Assembly (NCBI GenBank): GCA_903873475.1
Contig: CAIQON010000208.1
Location: 628-64,627, forward strand
Source: an uncultured bacterium
GTDB taxonomy: Bacteria; Pseudomonadota; Gammaproteobacteria; Burkholderiales; CAIKXV01
Direction: 5' to 3'
Length of the DNA stretch: 64,000 bases
Below, one piece after another: positions 43,885-53,039 of the stretch (positions are counted from its first letter, which is position 1; each line of letters begins with the position of its first letter). A program made the translations under genes and the position numbers. The notes under the pieces were generated by a model that worked only from the letters and a program-made list of their open reading frames with translations, did no database searches and was not told the DNA's origin.

Positions 43885-44024
43885 TGTTTGATCGTAAACA
43901 GTAGGTGACATCGTCGCATGTGCGTAGTAAGTTCTAGTCGGGCACAGGTCTGTTGCCAGCATGGCTCCGGATTGCCCGCGTGCGGCTCGCCGCACGAAAT
44001 CAACTGTCTTAAGGAGATCGCACG

Positions 44025-44177
44025 ATGGACGACCCAAATAAAGTGTGGCCGACGGGGCTGACTGTTGGGGAATCGGAAGAGCTGCACCGGAACATCATCC
44101 AGGGCACACAGATTTTCGGGATGATCGCCGCGCTGGCGCACCTGCTGGCGTACATCTATTCACCCTGGCTCAAGTAA
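44025..44177 (+). CDS. pucB: light-harvesting complex 2 beta polypeptide (50 aa)
   Basis: Not in the ORF track (<60 aa). ATG at 44025 after AAGGAG. Translated by hand: MDDPNKVWPTGLTVGESEELHRNIIQGTQIFGMIAALAHLLAYIYSPWLK. Both conserved His residues (EELH, ALAH) and the C-terminal PWL are present. Confidence 0.9.
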   Translation: MDDPNKVWPTGLTVGESEELHRNIIQGTQIFGMIAALAHLLAYIYSPWLK

Positions 44178-44192
44178 TCGGAGGCATACGAA

Positions 44193-44402
44193 ATGATCTA
44201 TGGAAAACTGTGGCTCGTAGTGAAGCCGTCCGTGGGTGTGCCTCTGTTCCTGGGCGCGTGTGCGATCGGTTCCTTCGCGGTGCACTACGCACTGCTGACG
44301 AACACCACCTGGGTGAAGGCCTTCCTGAACGGCAACACCAAGGCGGTGATGGCGGAGGGCTCTGCTGCTGGCGCTCCTACCGCACCGGCAGCGAAGAAGT
44401 AG
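44193..44402 (+). CDS. pucA: light-harvesting complex 2 alpha polypeptide with Ala/Pro-rich C-terminal extension (69 aa)
   Basis: ORF 44193..44402, GGAGG upstream. GKLWLVVKPSVGVPLFLGACAIGSFAVHYALLTNTTW matches the LH alpha pattern (BChl-binding His). Tail: AEGSAAGAPTAPAAKK. Confidence 0.9.
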   Translation: MIYGKLWLVVKPSVGVPLFLGACAIGSFAVHYALLTNTTWVKAFLNGNTKAVMAEGSAAGAPTAPAAKK

Positions 44403-44465
44403 CTGTCGCGTCGCCTGCGCGGTGACCGGGTACCCATCGTGCCCGGTCCCGCGCATCCTGCAACC

Positions 44466-44481
44466 GCCGGCCAAGGCCGGC
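44466..44481 (+). other. intercistronic GC stem-loop between pucA and pucC
   Basis: GCCGGCC-aa-GGCCGGC, followed by cgttgtg. A second hairpin CCGGG-N11-CCCGG lies at about 44426-44446. Position is typical of puc mRNA-stabilising or attenuating hairpins. Confidence 0.35.
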
Positions 44482-44559
44482 CGTTGTGCCGCGCTTGCCG
44501 CGCAAGCAGCCGGGTGAACCGGGCGCGTGGCCGCGGAAGGTCCGCGACACTCTAGCGCG

Positions 44560-45981
44560 ATGAATCCGATCAGCCAGAAGGTGATGCGCGCCTGGACCGG
44601 CCTGGGTCCCGGCTTCCTGCCGTTTGCCGATGCAGCCACGGCGGATGTGCCCTTGTCGCGCCTTCTTCGCCTGTCCCTGTTCCAGGTATCGGTCGGGATG
44701 GCGATGGTCCTGATCGTCGGGACCCTCAACCGCGTGATGATCGTCGAGCTGGGCGTAGCGGCTTCGGTTGTCGCGGTGATGATCTCGCTGCCTGTCCTCT
44801 ACGCACCCTTCCGTACGCTCGTCGGGTTCCGCTCGGACACGCATCGCTCCGCGCTCGGCTGGAAGCGCGTGCCCTTCATCTGGATGGGTACGATGCTGCA
44901 GTTCGGCGGCCTTGCGATCATGCCGTTCGCGCTGCTGGTGCTGTCGGGTGGGGGCAACGCCGCCGCATGGCCGGCATGGATCGGCCCGCTCGCCGCCGGC
45001 CTGGCCTTCCTGCTGGTCGGTGCGGGGCTGCACACCATACAGACCGCCGGGCTGGCGCTGGCCACCGACCTGGTACCCGTCGAGTCGCAGCCAGCGGTCG
45101 TGGGCCTGATGTACGTGATGCTGCTGTTCGGCACCGTGGTCAGTGCCGTGATCTTCGGTCTCGTGCTCGTCGACTTCACGCCGGGCAGGCTGGTGCAGGT
45201 CATACAGGGTGCCGCAGTGACCACCCTCGTGCTCAACATCGTGGCGCTGTGGAAACAGGAAACACGGCGTCCCCCACGCAACGTCGGCGGCACGCCGCCT
45301 CGGGCCAGGCCCAGTTTCCTGCACGCATGGCGCAGTTTCATCAGCGGCGACTCCGCGATCCGCCGGCTGTCAGCCATCGCCCTGGGCACGATGGCGTTCA
45401 CGATGCAGGACGTGCTGCTCGAGCCCTATGGCGGCCAGGTGCTCGACATGAGCGTTGCACAGACGACGTTGCTCACGGCAACGCTCGCAGGCGGCGGCCT
45501 GCTCGGCTTTGCATTCGCATCGCGCACGCTCAGCCGCGGCGCCGACCCGTTCCGGATGTCGGCGGCGGCCGCGCTGGTCGGCATCCCCGCCTTTGCGATC
45601 GTGATCACGGCAGGCCCGCTGCACTCGTTGCCCCTGTTCGTGGCGGGCGTATTCCTTCTGGGCTTCGGCAGCGGCGTGTTCGGCCATGGCACGCTGACCG
45701 CAAGCATGCGCCTCGCGCCTCGCGAACAGATCGGCCTCGCGCTCGGCGCCTGGGGCGCCGCGCAGGCCACCGCAGCAGGCGTCGGCGTCGCGCTTGGCGG
45801 TATCATCCGCGATCTCGTCGCGGCGCTGGCCGCGCGCGAGATGCTCGGGCCCGAGCTGGCCGGGCCGGCGACGGGCTACATGGCGGTCTACTGCATCGAG
45901 ATCGCGCTTCTGATTGCCACGGTGGTCGTGATGGTTCCACTCATCGGCGGCAAGCGCAGCGTGTCCCTCGCGGGATCGTGA
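44560..45981 (+). CDS. pucC: PucC (BCD/LhaA-PucC family MFS protein for LH2 assembly; 473 aa)
   Basis: ORF 44527..45981 (GTG). ATG at 44560. LRLSLFQVSVGMAMVLIVGTLNRVMIVELG, FRSDTHRSALGWKRVPFIWMGT and 12 TM helices. Directly downstream of pucBA. Confidence 0.9.
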   Translation: MNPISQKVMRAWTGLGPGFLPFADAATADVPLSRLLRLSLFQVSVGMAMVLIVGTLNRVMIVELGVAASVVAVMISLPVLYAPFRTLVGFRSDTHRSALGWKRVPFIWMGTMLQFGGLAIMPFALLVLSGGGNAAAWPAWIGPLAAGLAFLLVGAGLHTIQTAGLALATDLVPVESQPAVVGLMYVMLLFGTVVSAVIFGLVLVDFTPGRLVQVIQGAAVTTLVLNIVALWKQETRRPPRNVGGTPPRARPSFLHAWRSFISGDSAIRRLSAIALGTMAFTMQDVLLEPYGGQVLDMSVAQTTLLTATLAGGGLLGFAFASRTLSRGADPFRMSAAAALVGIPAFAIVITAGPLHSLPLFVAGVFLLGFGSGVFGHGTLTASMRLAPREQIGLALGAWGAAQATAAGVGVALGGIIRDLVAALAAREMLGPELAGPATGYMAVYCIEIALLIATVVVMVPLIGGKRSVSLAGS

Positions 45982-46012
45982 TCAGTCAATCAACGTGCAT
46001 GAGGAGATTTGC

Positions 46013-46105
46013 GTGGAAATCGGGCAACTGCTGCTGTTGGCATGGATAGTCGTCTGCGCGATGTGGCTGCTGAACATGTTCAGCGAGCACAACCGCAGGA
46101 AGTGA
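46013..46105 (+). CDS. candidate 30-aa single-TM micropeptide downstream of pucC
   Basis: Not in the ORF track. GTG at 46013 with GAGGAG 6 nt upstream. Hand translation: (M)EIGQLLLLAWIVVCAMWLLNMFSEHNRRK, followed by a GC hairpin at 46117-46138. Confidence 0.3.
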   Translation: MEIGQLLLLAWIVVCAMWLLNMFSEHNRRK

Positions 46106-46116
46106 AGACCGTGGCG

Positions 46117-46138
46117 GCCCGGCCGAAACTGGCCGGGC
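46117..46138. terminator. GC-rich stem-loop between convergent genes (possible bidirectional terminator)
   Basis: GCCCGGCC-gaaact-GGCCGGGC, 8-bp perfect stem. Only a weak T/A tract on either side. Confidence 0.4.
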
Positions 46139-46141
46139 GGT

Positions 46142-46372
46142 TCACCGGCTTTGCCGGCGATCTTTCCCCGAGGGGAAGATGCGCTCGGTGACGAAGTCCA
46201 GCATCAGCGCGCAGAAGACTGCGCCGTTGATCGCTCCGACAACCCCCATCAGCGGCCCGCTGATCTGGTTGCCGAAGTCGAAGCCGTACTTCAGCCCGAC
46301 CGCGACGGCGATGGCAGCCGCACCGTAACGCAGGTTGCGGCGAAACTTGCTGCGCGCGTTTGACGTTTCCAT
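46142..46372 (-). CDS. hypothetical small membrane protein (76 aa)
   Basis: ORF 46142..46408. Internal ATG at 46372 (METSNARSKFRRNLRYGAAAIAVAVGLKYGFDFGNQISGPLMGVVGAINGAVFCALM...). AT-rich promoter-like stretch upstream. No family recognised. Confidence 0.4.
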   Translation of the reverse strand: METSNARSKFRRNLRYGAAAIAVAVGLKYGFDFGNQISGPLMGVVGAINGAVFCALMLDFVTERIFPSGKDRRQSR

Positions 46373-46454
46373 TTCTGCTCGCTGCAGGGAACACACCGCT
46401 TTATACAATAATCGCCGACCTGTGGTGCCCGGACGCAGCGCGTGGCCTGTCGCA

Positions 46455-47894
46455 TCATCCCGCCCGGAGCGGCTCGCCGACTGCGCTCCAGTACGGCAGC
46501 GCGACCAGCACCACTACCGCGAATGCGACCAGCGTCATGTACACGCCGAAGCGGAAGATTTCCGGCGCCGTGAGATATCCGCGTTCGTACACGGCCAGCG
46601 ACGACGCACTCTGTGCCGGATAGTAGAGCACCGCATCGCCGGCAATCATCACCGCAAGGCCGCAGACCACCGGATTGACCCCGGTCGCGGTTCCGATCGA
46701 CATCGCGATCGGGATGGTCGTCGCCAGGAAGCCGGTGATGTTCGGGATCAGTACGCGCACTGGCACCGACGCGGCCATCAGGATCACGATCACCAGTACC
46801 GGCTGGCCGGAGAACTGCGGCACAGCGCCTGCGATCAGCCCCGCGATCCAGTCACTGGCACCGCTGTCGATCAGCGCGCGGGCGAGCGACAGCGAAGAGG
46901 CGATCACGAAGAAATTGCCCCAGCCGATCCTGCGCTCGAAGTCGCTCCAGCTCAGCACGCCGATGCGCGGCGACAGCAGCAGGATCCACGCAATGAGCGC
47001 CGGGGCCACCGGATGCAGGTGATGCAGCGAATCGGTGAGCCAGAGCAGCGACGCGCCAGCGGTGATCGCCAGCGTGCGCCGTTCCAGGCCGGTCAGCGGC
47101 CGCCGCTCGGCAGCCGGTGCCAGTTTCAGCGTCATGCCGAACCCGTTCCGGTACTGCAGCCAGATCAGGAGCGAACCGATCGCCAGCAGCGCGAGGTAGG
47201 GCACGCTCATCAGCAGCAGCCATCGGCTCCAGTCGATGCCACCGATCAGCGCGGCGGCGACGATCGGCGAGATGCCACCGGTGAGGATGATGGTCGAGGC
47301 GAGCCGGTTGATGGAGTTCAGCGCCATCATGATCGCGCGCGACAGCGGATGGCGCTTCGGAACCTCGCCCAGTTGCAGCGCCTCTTCGTAGACATGGACC
47401 AGGATGCTGGTGCGCGTGGTGGCCGAGGGCAGCAGCAGCGTCATCAGGGGAAAGGCCAGCAGCAGCTGGACGAACAGCGAGTGCGCGCTGCCGCCGGAGC
47501 GGCGCAGGAAGAAATGCGCGACGCGCTCGGCCAGGCCGCTGTGCGACACGGCCAGGCCAATGGTGAGCACCCCGATCAGGAAGTACGAGACCGGATCGGC
47601 GAATCCGACCAGTGCCTGGCCGAAATCCGGTACTGCACCGGTGAGCACCAGCGCCACCACCAAGATCAGGCTGGTCAGCGCGGCCGGCATCACCTCGGTG
47701 CACCAGAGGGCAATGACCAGCACGGCCACCGCGATCACCCGCTTGCCCGCTTCTGGCAGGCCTTCGGGCGCGGGCGCGAACACCAGCGCCATCGACAGCG
47801 CGGCAGCGGCGGCGGCGATGGCCACCGAGCGCGTGGAGGCGGGCGTGTCGGGCTGAACCGGCAACGGGCTGGCGGCCGCCGGCGCGCGGGTCAA
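46455..47894 (-). CDS. SLC13/DASS-family anion permease (about 479 aa)
   Basis: C-terminal part of ORF 46455..48920. LWCTEVMPAALTSL, repeated hairpin-TM architecture. The TTG at 47894 overlaps the MFS stop (TTGA). An alternative ATG at 47930 and downstream ATGs mean the start is uncertain. Confidence 0.75.
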   Translation of the reverse strand: MTRAPAAASPLPVQPDTPASTRSVAIAAAAAALSMALVFAPAPEGLPEAGKRVIAVAVLVIALWCTEVMPAALTSLILVVALVLTGAVPDFGQALVGFADPVSYFLIGVLTIGLAVSHSGLAERVAHFFLRRSGGSAHSLFVQLLLAFPLMTLLLPSATTRTSILVHVYEEALQLGEVPKRHPLSRAIMMALNSINRLASTIILTGGISPIVAAALIGGIDWSRWLLLMSVPYLALLAIGSLLIWLQYRNGFGMTLKLAPAAERRPLTGLERRTLAITAGASLLWLTDSLHHLHPVAPALIAWILLLSPRIGVLSWSDFERRIGWGNFFVIASSLSLARALIDSGASDWIAGLIAGAVPQFSGQPVLVIVILMAASVPVRVLIPNITGFLATTIPIAMSIGTATGVNPVVCGLAVMIAGDAVLYYPAQSASSLAVYERGYLTAPEIFRFGVYMTLVAFAVVVLVALPYWSAVGEPLRAG

Positions 47895-49051
47895 GGCGAT
47901 GGCGCTCGCTGCGAGCGGGCGAGCAGGCATCCGATCGCCATCACGCCACCGAGGATCCAGAACACGCCGCTCATGCCGACGACCGCACCCAGGGCACCGA
48001 ACACCATCGGCCCCCCCATGCGCACCAGGTTGTTGGCGGTCAGGCGTACGCCGAGCGCCTGGCCGGAACGGCCCTTCGACGATGCCTCGTACATCAGGAT
48101 CACCGTCAGGGGAATGCCGATACCCATGCCCAGCCCGAACAGGAAGGCGGTGATGCCCAGCGTGACCACGCCATCGGCGAAGGTCGAGAGCACGAAGCCG
48201 GCGGCACCGGTCGCGAACACCCAGACAAGCAGCCGGTTCGCCGATACCCGCTTCATCATGCGCGGCAGGAAGAAGCGCACGATGAATGAGGCCGACGAGT
48301 GCAGCGCGAGCACGACGCCGATCGCCGAGGCCGACAATCCGATCTGGTGGCCGAACACGGGCACGAAGAACTGGAACAGGTCGGAACCCAGCTGCACGAG
48401 GCCGCTGACCACCAGCATCACCACCAGCGTGCGGTCGAACACGAGCCGCGCCGCCGCCTCGCGCTGTGCCCTGGGCTGCGGGCGCGGCAGCGTCTTGCCC
48501 CAGATGCCCAGCAAGGCCAGCACGATCACCGAGGTCGCGGCGATGATCAGGCAGGCCCACGAGTAACCTACAGTATCGATAGACACGCCGGCGATCAACG
48601 GCCCGACGAAGCTGGTGAGCGCACCAGCGAGGCTGAAGTTCGCGAAGTTGGCCGCGCGGTCTTCCGCCGTGCTCAGGGTGCCGATCAGATTCTGCAGCGT
48701 CACGTGGTAGAACGCGAGCGCCAGGCCGTTGAGCGCGGCCGCCACGAAGAACATCGGCAGCACCGGGAACAGGTAGATCAGGAGCAGCGAGACGATCGCG
48801 CAGACCGCAGCGAAGGCGAGCATGCCGAGCGCCGAGCGCCGGTCGGCCATCGCGCCGATCGGCCATGACAACAGCAGCGGGAACAGGTACAGCAGCCCGC
48901 CGACGACGCCGACCACCCACGGTGCCGCGCCCAGCTCGAGCACGTACAGCGTGACCAGCACGCGCATGGCATTGGCACCGATGAAGTTGAACACCGTCAG
49001 CGCCAGGGCGAGCCTGATCGGGACGGCATTCGGTGATCCGGTGTTCAGCAT
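47891..49051 (-). CDS. MFS transporter (386 aa)
   Basis: ORF 47891..49051. 12 TM helices. The MFS loop motif region GAMADRRSALG lies between TM2 and TM3. Confidence 0.85.
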   Translation of the reverse strand: MLNTGSPNAVPIRLALALTVFNFIGANAMRVLVTLYVLELGAAPWVVGVVGGLLYLFPLLLSWPIGAMADRRSALGMLAFAAVCAIVSLLLIYLFPVLPMFFVAAALNGLALAFYHVTLQNLIGTLSTAEDRAANFANFSLAGALTSFVGPLIAGVSIDTVGYSWACLIIAATSVIVLALLGIWGKTLPRPQPRAQREAAARLVFDRTLVVMLVVSGLVQLGSDLFQFFVPVFGHQIGLSASAIGVVLALHSSASFIVRFFLPRMMKRVSANRLLVWVFATGAAGFVLSTFADGVVTLGITAFLFGLGMGIGIPLTVILMYEASSKGRSGQALGVRLTANNLVRMGGPMVFGALGAVVGMSGVFWILGGVMAIGCLLARSQRAPSP

Positions 49052-49173
49052 CGGGCGTCCGTGCAGTGAGCCAGCACGCTATTGTCGGTCATTCCGGCAA
49101 TGCACGCGCTGGCGCCAGCCTGCGGGTGGCCGCATCACGCCCGGCCGGGCAGGCCGCGCCGGGCCGCGCCCGG

Positions 49174-49199
49174 AAAAAGGGCCGCCAGCGAGCGGCCCT
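49174..49199 (-). terminator. rho-independent terminator downstream of fba
   Basis: On the minus strand: AGGGCCGC-tcgctg-GCGGCCCT followed by TTTTT. It lies 28 nt after the fba stop. Confidence 0.7.
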
Positions 49200-49226
49200 G
49201 CCATGCTGCCAGCTGCCCGATGCCGC

Positions 49227-50255
49227 TCAGCCAGCCTTCTTCTCTTCCGCCACGCTGTACTTGCCCTGCGACGCCAGGCTGCACATGCGCGCGCGATGCG
49301 CGAACACTTTCTGCGCGGCCTTCCAGTTCTCCTGCTTGCCGCTCCAGGCCTTCAGTGCAGCCTGGTGCAATGCGCGCGAGTACGAGAAGGTGAGCGGCCA
49401 GGGCAGCTCGGCCTTGTGCGCCGAGTTCATCAACGACAGATGGGCGGCGGACTTCTCGTCGCTCTGGCCACCGGACAGGAACACGACGCCCGGCAGCGCG
49501 GCCGGCACCGAGCGGCGCAGCGCGGTGACGGTCATCTCGGCCACCTGGGCTTCCGAGGCCTGCACCGGACAGCCCTTGCCCGAAATGACCATGCTCGCCT
49601 TGAGGATCAGGTGCTCGGCCGACACGCGCTGGCTGTAGCAGGCCTGGAAGGTCGCGCGCAGCGTGGCCTCGGTGACCTCGAAGCAGCGCTCGATCGTGTG
49701 GTCACCGTCGATCAGTACTTCGGGCTCGATGATCGGGACGATGTTCGCCTCCTGGCACAGGGCCGAATAGCGGGCCAGTGCGTGGGCGTTGGCCTCGACG
49801 CAGCCCCAGGACGGCATGTCCTTGCCGATGGTGATCACGGCACGCCATTTCGCGAAGCGGGCCCCGAGCTTGAAGTAGTCGGCGAGACGGCCACGCAGGT
49901 TGTCGAGACCCTCGGTGACCAGTTCACCCGGATGCGATGGCAGGTCCTTGGCGCCGCCATCGACCTTGATGCCCGGGATGATGCCCTGGTCTTCGAGCAG
50001 CTTCGGGAACGCGACGCCGCCGAGCGACTGCTGCTTGATGGTCTCGTCGAACAGGATCACGCCGCTGATGTACTTGCCGACGTTCGGCGTCGTGAACAGC
50101 ATGTCGCGGTACGTGCGGCGGTTCGCCTCGGTGTTCTCGACATTGACGCCGCCGAAACGCTTGGCGACGGTAGCGCTGCTCTCGTCGGCAGCCAGCAGGC
50201 CCTTGCCCGCGGCGACCATGCCTGCCGCGGTGGCGGCCATCAGCTTCTTGTCCAT
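49227..50255 (-). CDS. fba: class I fructose-bisphosphate aldolase (342 aa)
   Basis: ORF 49227..50255. GLLAADESSATVAKRF, Schiff-base region ILKASMV, PGVVFLSGGQS. Confidence 0.9.
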   Translation of the reverse strand: MDKKLMAATAAGMVAAGKGLLAADESSATVAKRFGGVNVENTEANRRTYRDMLFTTPNVGKYISGVILFDETIKQQSLGGVAFPKLLEDQGIIPGIKVDGGAKDLPSHPGELVTEGLDNLRGRLADYFKLGARFAKWRAVITIGKDMPSWGCVEANAHALARYSALCQEANIVPIIEPEVLIDGDHTIERCFEVTEATLRATFQACYSQRVSAEHLILKASMVISGKGCPVQASEAQVAEMTVTALRRSVPAALPGVVFLSGGQSDEKSAAHLSLMNSAHKAELPWPLTFSYSRALHQAALKAWSGKQENWKAAQKVFAHRARMCSLASQGKYSVAEEKKAG

Positions 50256-50301
50256 CGATGCTCTCCTGTGACGGTTGTGCGAAGGGTCCGGATACGGTTG
50301 G

Positions 50302-51738
50302 TCAGGGCTTGCGGTGCTCGCCGACGCGCACGATCTTCATCGTGTTGGTGCCGCCGGCCTTGCCGAACGGTTCGCCGATCGTGATGATGATCAGGTCGCC
50401 GACCTGCACCGCGCCGCGCTTGAGCAGTTCGTCCTCGGCGGCGTTGAGGGTCTCTTCCGGGTCTTTCGACTTCACCGCGAAGTTCACCGGATACACCCCC
50501 CGGAACAGCGTCACCCGGCGGCGCGTCTCGACCAGCGGCGTCAGCGCATAGATGGGCACCATCGAATCGTTGCGCGACATCAGCTGCGCGGTCTTGCCGC
50601 TCTGGGTCAATGCGGCAATCGCCTTGATCGGCAGGTAGTTCGCGGTGGACATCACCGCGCGGCCGATCGCGCTCTCGACGTCGCGCGGGGCATCGTCGCC
50701 GGTGCGGCGCTGTTCGCTGGCCGCGAGGTCGGCCTTCTCGGCCTCGATGCAGACACGGGCCATCGCCTGCACCGTCTCGACCGGGAACTGCCCGGCCGCG
50801 GTCTCGGCAGAGGTCATCACCGCATCGGTGCCATCGAGCACGGCATTCGCACAGTCGGAAACTTCCGCCCGGGTCGGGATCGGCGAGTTGATCATCGACT
50901 CCATCATCTGGGTCGCGGTGATCACCAGCTTGTTGCGTGCGCGCGACAGCCGGATCATCCGCTTCTGCAGCGCGGGGATCACTGCATCGCCCACTTCGAC
51001 CGCAAGGTCGCCGCGCGCGACCATGATCACGTCGGAGGCATCGATGATCTCTTCGAGCGCGGTGATCGCCTCGGCGCGCTCGATCTTCGCGCAGATCAGC
51101 GCCTTGCCGCCGGCCTTGTGCAGCAGGCTGCGCGCCCACTCGATGTCCTCGCCCGAGCGCGGGAAAGACACGCCGAGGTAGTCGGCCTTCAGTTCCGCGG
51201 CAGTGCGGATGTCTTCCATGTCCTTGGTGGTGAGCGCTGGCGCGGACAGGCCACCACCCTTGCGGTTGATACCCTTGTTGTTCGAGAGCACGCCACCCTG
51301 GTCGACGATGGTGTGGATCTGCGGCCCTTCGACCGAGGTCACGGTAAGCACGATCAGGCCGTCGTTGAGCAGCAGCGTGTCGCCCGGGCGCACGTCCTGG
51401 GGCAGGCTCTCGTAGTCGAGGCCGACCCGTTCGTCGTTGCCCAGCTTGCAGCTGGCATCGAGGATGAACTTCGCGCCGGCCTTGAGCACGGTCTTGCCAT
51501 GTTCGAACTTGCCGATGCGGATCTTCGGTCCCTGCAGGTCCATCAGCACGCCGATCGTGCGGCCGGCCGAACGCGCCAGCGAGCGGATCATCTCGACCCG
51601 CTTGGCATGCTCCTGCGAGGTGCCGTGCGAGAAGTTGATGCGCACGACATCCATGCCGGCTTCGATCATCCGCGCCAGCACCTTGGGATCGGTACTTGCG
51701 GGTCCCAGCGTGCACACGATCTTCGTACGACGGGTCAT
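50302..51738 (-). CDS. pyk: pyruvate kinase (478 aa)
   Basis: ORF 50302..51738. TKIVCTLGPAS, MDVVRINFSHG, MVARGDLAVEV, TQMMESM. Confidence 0.95.
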   Translation of the reverse strand: MTRRTKIVCTLGPASTDPKVLARMIEAGMDVVRINFSHGTSQEHAKRVEMIRSLARSAGRTIGVLMDLQGPKIRIGKFEHGKTVLKAGAKFILDASCKLGNDERVGLDYESLPQDVRPGDTLLLNDGLIVLTVTSVEGPQIHTIVDQGGVLSNNKGINRKGGGLSAPALTTKDMEDIRTAAELKADYLGVSFPRSGEDIEWARSLLHKAGGKALICAKIERAEAITALEEIIDASDVIMVARGDLAVEVGDAVIPALQKRMIRLSRARNKLVITATQMMESMINSPIPTRAEVSDCANAVLDGTDAVMTSAETAAGQFPVETVQAMARVCIEAEKADLAASEQRRTGDDAPRDVESAIGRAVMSTANYLPIKAIAALTQSGKTAQLMSRNDSMVPIYALTPLVETRRRVTLFRGVYPVNFAVKSKDPEETLNAAEDELLKRGAVQVGDLIIITIGEPFGKAGGTNTMKIVRVGEHRKP

Positions 51739-51823
51739 GGCAACTCCGTTATCTGTCGCGGCCTGCTGCCGGCACGACGGGCACCTCGCGTGAGGCGCGC
51801 CGCCGGCAGCGCGGCGGTATGCA

Positions 51824-53008
51824 TCAGGCGGCGCGCTGCTGCAGGATGGTCAGCGCGGGCAGTTCCTTGCCCTCGAGGAACTCGAGGAATGCACCGCCGG
51901 CCGTCGAGATGTAGTCGACCTTGTCGGCGATGCCGAACTTGTTGATCGCGGCGATGGTGTCGCCACCGCCGGCGAGCGAGAACGCCGGCGTGCGGGCGAT
52001 CGCCTCGGCGATCACGCGCGTGCCACCGGCGAACGCATCGAACTCGAACACGCCCACCGGCCCGTTCCAGACGATGGTGCCGGCCGACTGCAACTGCTCG
52101 GCCAGCATCGCGGCGGTCTTCGGACCGATATCGAGGATCAGGTCGTCGGCCGCGACTTCGGTCGCCGCCTTCTCGGTCGCCCGGGCCGTGGCGGAGAATT
52201 CCTTCGCAACGACCACGTCGACCGGGATCGGTACCTCGCCACCCTTGGCGCGCAGGATCGCCATCACCTTCTTCGCGTCCTCGACCAGGTCGGGCTCGGC
52301 CAGCGACTTGCCGATCGGCAGGCCGGCGGCCAGCATGAAGGTGTTGGCGATGCCGCCGCCCACGATCAGGCGGTCGACCTTCTGTGCCAGCGCCATCAGG
52401 ATGGTGAGCTTGGTGGACACCTTGGAGCCCGCCACGATAGCCACCAGCGGCCGCTTCGGCTGCGCGAGCGCCTGGGTGAGGGCACTCACTTCCTCGGCCA
52501 TCAGCGGCCCAGCGCAGGCGATCGGCGCGAACCGCGCGATGCCGTGGGTGGTCGCCTCAGCCCGATGCGCGGTACCGAACGCATCGTTCACGTAAATGTC
52601 GCACAGCGCCGCCATCTTCTTCGACAGCGCCTCGTCGTTCTTCTTCTCGCCCCTGTTGCAGCGGCAGTTCTCGAGCAGGACGACCTCGCCGGCGGCCGGT
52701 GCCACCTCGCCCGCATCGACCCAGTCGCGCCGCAGCGCGACCGGCCGGCCGAGCAGCTGCGACAACCGCTCGGCGATCGGCGCCAGCGAATCCTCGGGCC
52801 TGAATTCGCCCTCGGTCGGCCGGCCGAGGTGCGACGTGACCATCACCCGCGCCCCGGCCTTCAGGGCCAGCGCGATCCCGGGAACCGAAGCCCGGATGCG
52901 CGTGTCGTCGGTGATCGCGCCGGCGTCGTCCTGCGGAACGTTGAGGTCGGCGCGGATGAACACCCGCTTGCCGGAAAGATCGAGGTCGGTCATCCGCCGG
53001 ATGTTCAT
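51824..53008 (-). CDS. pgk: phosphoglycerate kinase (394 aa)
   Basis: ORF 51824..53008. [31 protein letters not shown]. Confidence 0.95.
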   Translation of the reverse strand: MNIRRMTDLDLSGKRVFIRADLNVPQDDAGAITDDTRIRASVPGIALALKAGARVMVTSHLGRPTEGEFRPEDSLAPIAERLSQLLGRPVALRRDWVDAGEVAPAAGEVVLLENCRCNRGEKKNDEALSKKMAALCDIYVNDAFGTAHRAEATTHGIARFAPIACAGPLMAEEVSALTQALAQPKRPLVAIVAGSKVSTKLTILMALAQKVDRLIVGGGIANTFMLAAGLPIGKSLAEPDLVEDAKKVMAILRAKGGEVPIPVDVVVAKEFSATARATEKAATEVAADDLILDIGPKTAAMLAEQLQSAGTIVWNGPVGVFEFDAFAGGTRVIAEAIARTPAFSLAGGGDTIAAINKFGIADKVDYISTAGGAFLEFLEGKELPALTILQQRAA

Positions 53009-53039
53009 CGTGCAGTCCTCACGTCGCCGGGTTACGGCG

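Noticed and set aside
43885-43900. TGTTTGATCGTAAACA, containing TTGAT, as a possible FNR/FnrL box upstream of pucB.
   Set aside because: Only the left half-site TTGAT matches TTGAT-N4-ATCAA; the right half (AACAG) does not. It is a TGT-N10-ACA, so it does not fit PpsR spacing either.
43722-44141. ORFs 43722..43904(+) and 43869..44141(-) in the puc upstream region.
   Set aside because: They overlap the puc promoter and pucB itself, have no SD, and show no family resemblance. The region is better explained as regulatory DNA plus pucB.
45999-46049. ATG-initiated 16-codon Cys-rich ORF (MRRFAWKSGNCCCWHG) just after pucC.
   Set aside because: There is no SD upstream of this ATG. The GAGGAG lies inside it and is correctly spaced for the GTG at 46013 in another frame, which encodes a much more protein-like TM helix.
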